Assembly: GCA_036726225.1 (NCBI GenBank)
Contig: DAIMCS010000003.1
Coordinates: forward strand, 9,769 to 73,768
Source: Patescibacteria group bacterium
Lineage (GTDB): Bacteria > Patescibacteriota > Doudnabacteria > UBA920
DNA length: 64,000 nucleotides
Reading direction: 5' to 3'
Under the pieces are notes generated by a model, which ran no database searches, was not told the DNA's origin, and was given only the letters and a program-made list of their open reading frames with translations. Of the stretch, positions 62,874-64,000 are shown piece by piece (the stretch's first letter is position 1; each line of letters starts with the position of its first letter). The position numbers were made by a program, and so were the translations under genes.

Positions 62874-64000
62874 ATGCACAGAACACTTAGTTTAGAAACA
62901 CCTAATAAAATTGGCCAAAACGTCAGCCTGTCCGGCTGGGTAAACTCCCGCCGCGACCACGGTGGCGTTATTTTTATTGATTTGCGGGACCATACCGGCA
63001 TTGTGCAGCTGGCCATCCACCCCGAGGCGGCTGAGGCTTTTAAAGCAGCGGACAAATGCCGCGACGAATATGTAGTTAAAGTGGAAGGTAAAGTTATTGA
63101 GAGATCTAACGAAACTAAAAACAAGAACATTCCAACAGGCAGTGTTGAAATTTTTGTTTCTCATATTGCGATATTAAACGCTTCCAAACCGCTACCTTTT
63201 CCTATTGCCCACACCGAGGACCAAAACATTAACGAAGATATCCGTTTAAAATATCGTTTTTTGGATTTGCGCCGGGACAAAATGCAAAAAATGTTGGTTA
63301 AGCGCCACAAAATGATTAAATTCATCCGTGACTGGATGGATTCTCAAGGATTTATTGAAATTACAACGCCAATACTAACATCAAGCAGTCCCGAAGGTGC
63401 CAGAGATTTTCTTGTGCCCTCCCGTCTGCATCCGGGTAAATTTTACGCCCTCCCGCAGGCTCCACAGCAATTCAAACAACTTTTAATGGTCGGAGGCGTG
63501 CCAAAATATTTTCAAATTGCTCCGTGTTTTAGGGATGAAGATCCTCGTGCAGACAGAAGCCCCGGCGAGTTTTATCAGCTAGATTTAGAGATTGCTTTTG
63601 CGGACCGTGATGAAACCGTGTTTCAAGAGCTAGAGCCTTTATTTATTGCGTTAACCGAAGAATTTAGTGTCGGTCCCGACGCTTACGGTCGGGACTCCGA
63701 TTCCGTCGAAGGCGGACGTCGGAGTAAAAAATGTTTGCAAAAACCCTTTCCCCGTCTCCCCTATCTTGAGGCTATGGAAAAGTACGGAACTGACCGACCG
63801 GATTTAAGGTTTGGTATGGAAATGGTTAACTTAACCGAAGATTTAGCTGAAACTAAATTTTCTGTTTTTGGCAATGCTATAAAAAATGGCGGGGCTGTTA
63901 AAGCTATTTGCCTCAATGGCGGAGCCAAGCTGACTCGTTCGCAGATTGATGAGCTTACAGAAATGGTTAAAAAAGAAGGCGCTGGCGGGTTGGCTTATAT
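62874..64000 (+). CDS. aspS: aspartyl-tRNA synthetase, N-terminal about 375 codons. The gene runs off the window end and is not in the ORF track.
   Basis: The translation from the ATG at 62874 reads MHRTLSLETPNKIGQNVSLSGWVNSRRDHGGVIFIDLRDHTGIVQLA... It contains the class II motif 1 FRDEDPRADRSPGEFYQLDLE. Confidence 0.85.
   Translation, partial: MHRTLSLETPNKIGQNVSLSGWVNSRRDHGGVIFIDLRDHTGIVQLAIHPEAAEAFKAADKCRDEYVVKVEGKVIERSNETKNKNIPTGSVEIFVSHIAILNASKPLPFPIAHTEDQNINEDIRLKYRFLDLRRDKMQKMLVKRHKMIKFIRDWMDSQGFIEITTPILTSSSPEGARDFLVPSRLHPGKFYALPQAPQQFKQLLMVGGVPKYFQIAPCFRDEDPRADRSPGEFYQLDLEIAFADRDETVFQELEPLFIALTEEFSVGPDAYGRDSDSVEGGRRSKKCLQKPFPRLPYLEAMEKYGTDRPDLRFGMEMVNLTEDLAETKFSVFGNAIKNGGAVKAICLNGGAKLTRSQIDELTEMVKKEGAGGLAY

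Noticed and set aside
1-64000. CRISPR arrays, integrases, transposases, restriction-modification or toxin-antitoxin modules
   Set aside because: No spaced direct-repeat arrays and no recombinase, transposase, methyltransferase/endonuclease pair or toxin-antitoxin pair were recognisable. The only mobile-element-like signals are the att-like tRNA repeats, the OrfA-like HTH and the palindromic repeat families.

Overview
The window is a 64 kb chromosomal segment from an AT-rich bacterium, about 40% GC by eye. Several features look like a reduced-genome Patescibacteria/CPR-type organism, but this is an inference and not verified. Many genes have weak or no Shine-Dalgarno sequences. 'TGnTATAAT' extended -10 promoters recur. 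There is a type IV pilin with a G|FTLLE prepilin site, a SemiSWEET transporter, a NirK/laccase-like multicopper oxidase, and an RF2 gene with no programmed frameshift.

The content is mostly housekeeping genes, in window order:
- ahcY (5' part only, at the window edge)
- tRNA-Thr, rpmG, tRNA-Trp
- a BI-1/YccA family membrane protein
- a metal-homeostasis cluster: DtxR/MntR regulator, two-domain multicopper oxidase, ZIP transporter
- gpmI, an ABC exporter, a type IV pilin, rarA, a TerC-like protein, queA, hup, a yjbQ-like gene, mltG
- def, two tandem DnaQ-like exonuclease paralogs, fmt
- a WecB/TagA::NUDIX fusion, gltX, an M23 peptidase, and a secreted SLT lytic transglycosylase with a VirB2-like N-terminus
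- iscS, a THUMP-type RNA methyltransferase, rpmA, SemiSWEET, pyrG, rplI
- ftsX, ftsE, prfB
- a seven-gene thymidylate/dNTP operon: folA, thyA, tmk, dut, dCMP deaminase and two extra P-loop kinases
- rplA, rplK, nusG, secE
- a stand-alone REC domain, folD
- mrdA, mreD, mreC, mreB
- proS, rfbB, an HtrA-like PDZ protein, lgt, a DEDDy exonuclease, and aspS (3' end truncated by the window)

Noteworthy features not explained by gene content:
1. A family of GC-only palindromic elements (CCCCTCCC-loop-GGGAGGGG-TTAGGGGAGGGTGG). One copy is intergenic. Two copies are inserted in frame inside prfB and inside the wecB::nudix gene, where they encode Pro/Gly-rich peptide insertions.
2. A second palindrome family (CCTGCCGGCCGGCAGG) sits in 5'UTRs.
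3. A roughly 520-nt GC-elevated region between iscS and a small gene has its own promoter and a plus-strand intrinsic terminator, but no ORF. It is a candidate large structured ncRNA that I could not assign to a class.
4. Two unrelated genes (TerC-like and yjbQ) share a 5'UTR design. The mRNA 5' end (TCCCGTTAG) is complementary to the start-codon region (CTAACGGGATG).
5. The tandem DEDDh exonuclease paralogs include one with substituted catalytic residues. Each is preceded by a long hairpin built from TACGAA/TACGGA hexamer repeats.
6. tRNA-Thr is enclosed by a perfect 19-bp inverted repeat. The tRNA-Trp 3' end is repeated 170 bp downstream, which looks like an att-site scar.
7. Four ORFs of about 48-52% GC stand out against the AT-rich background and look foreign.

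No CRISPR arrays, integrases, transposases or recognisable defence systems were seen.
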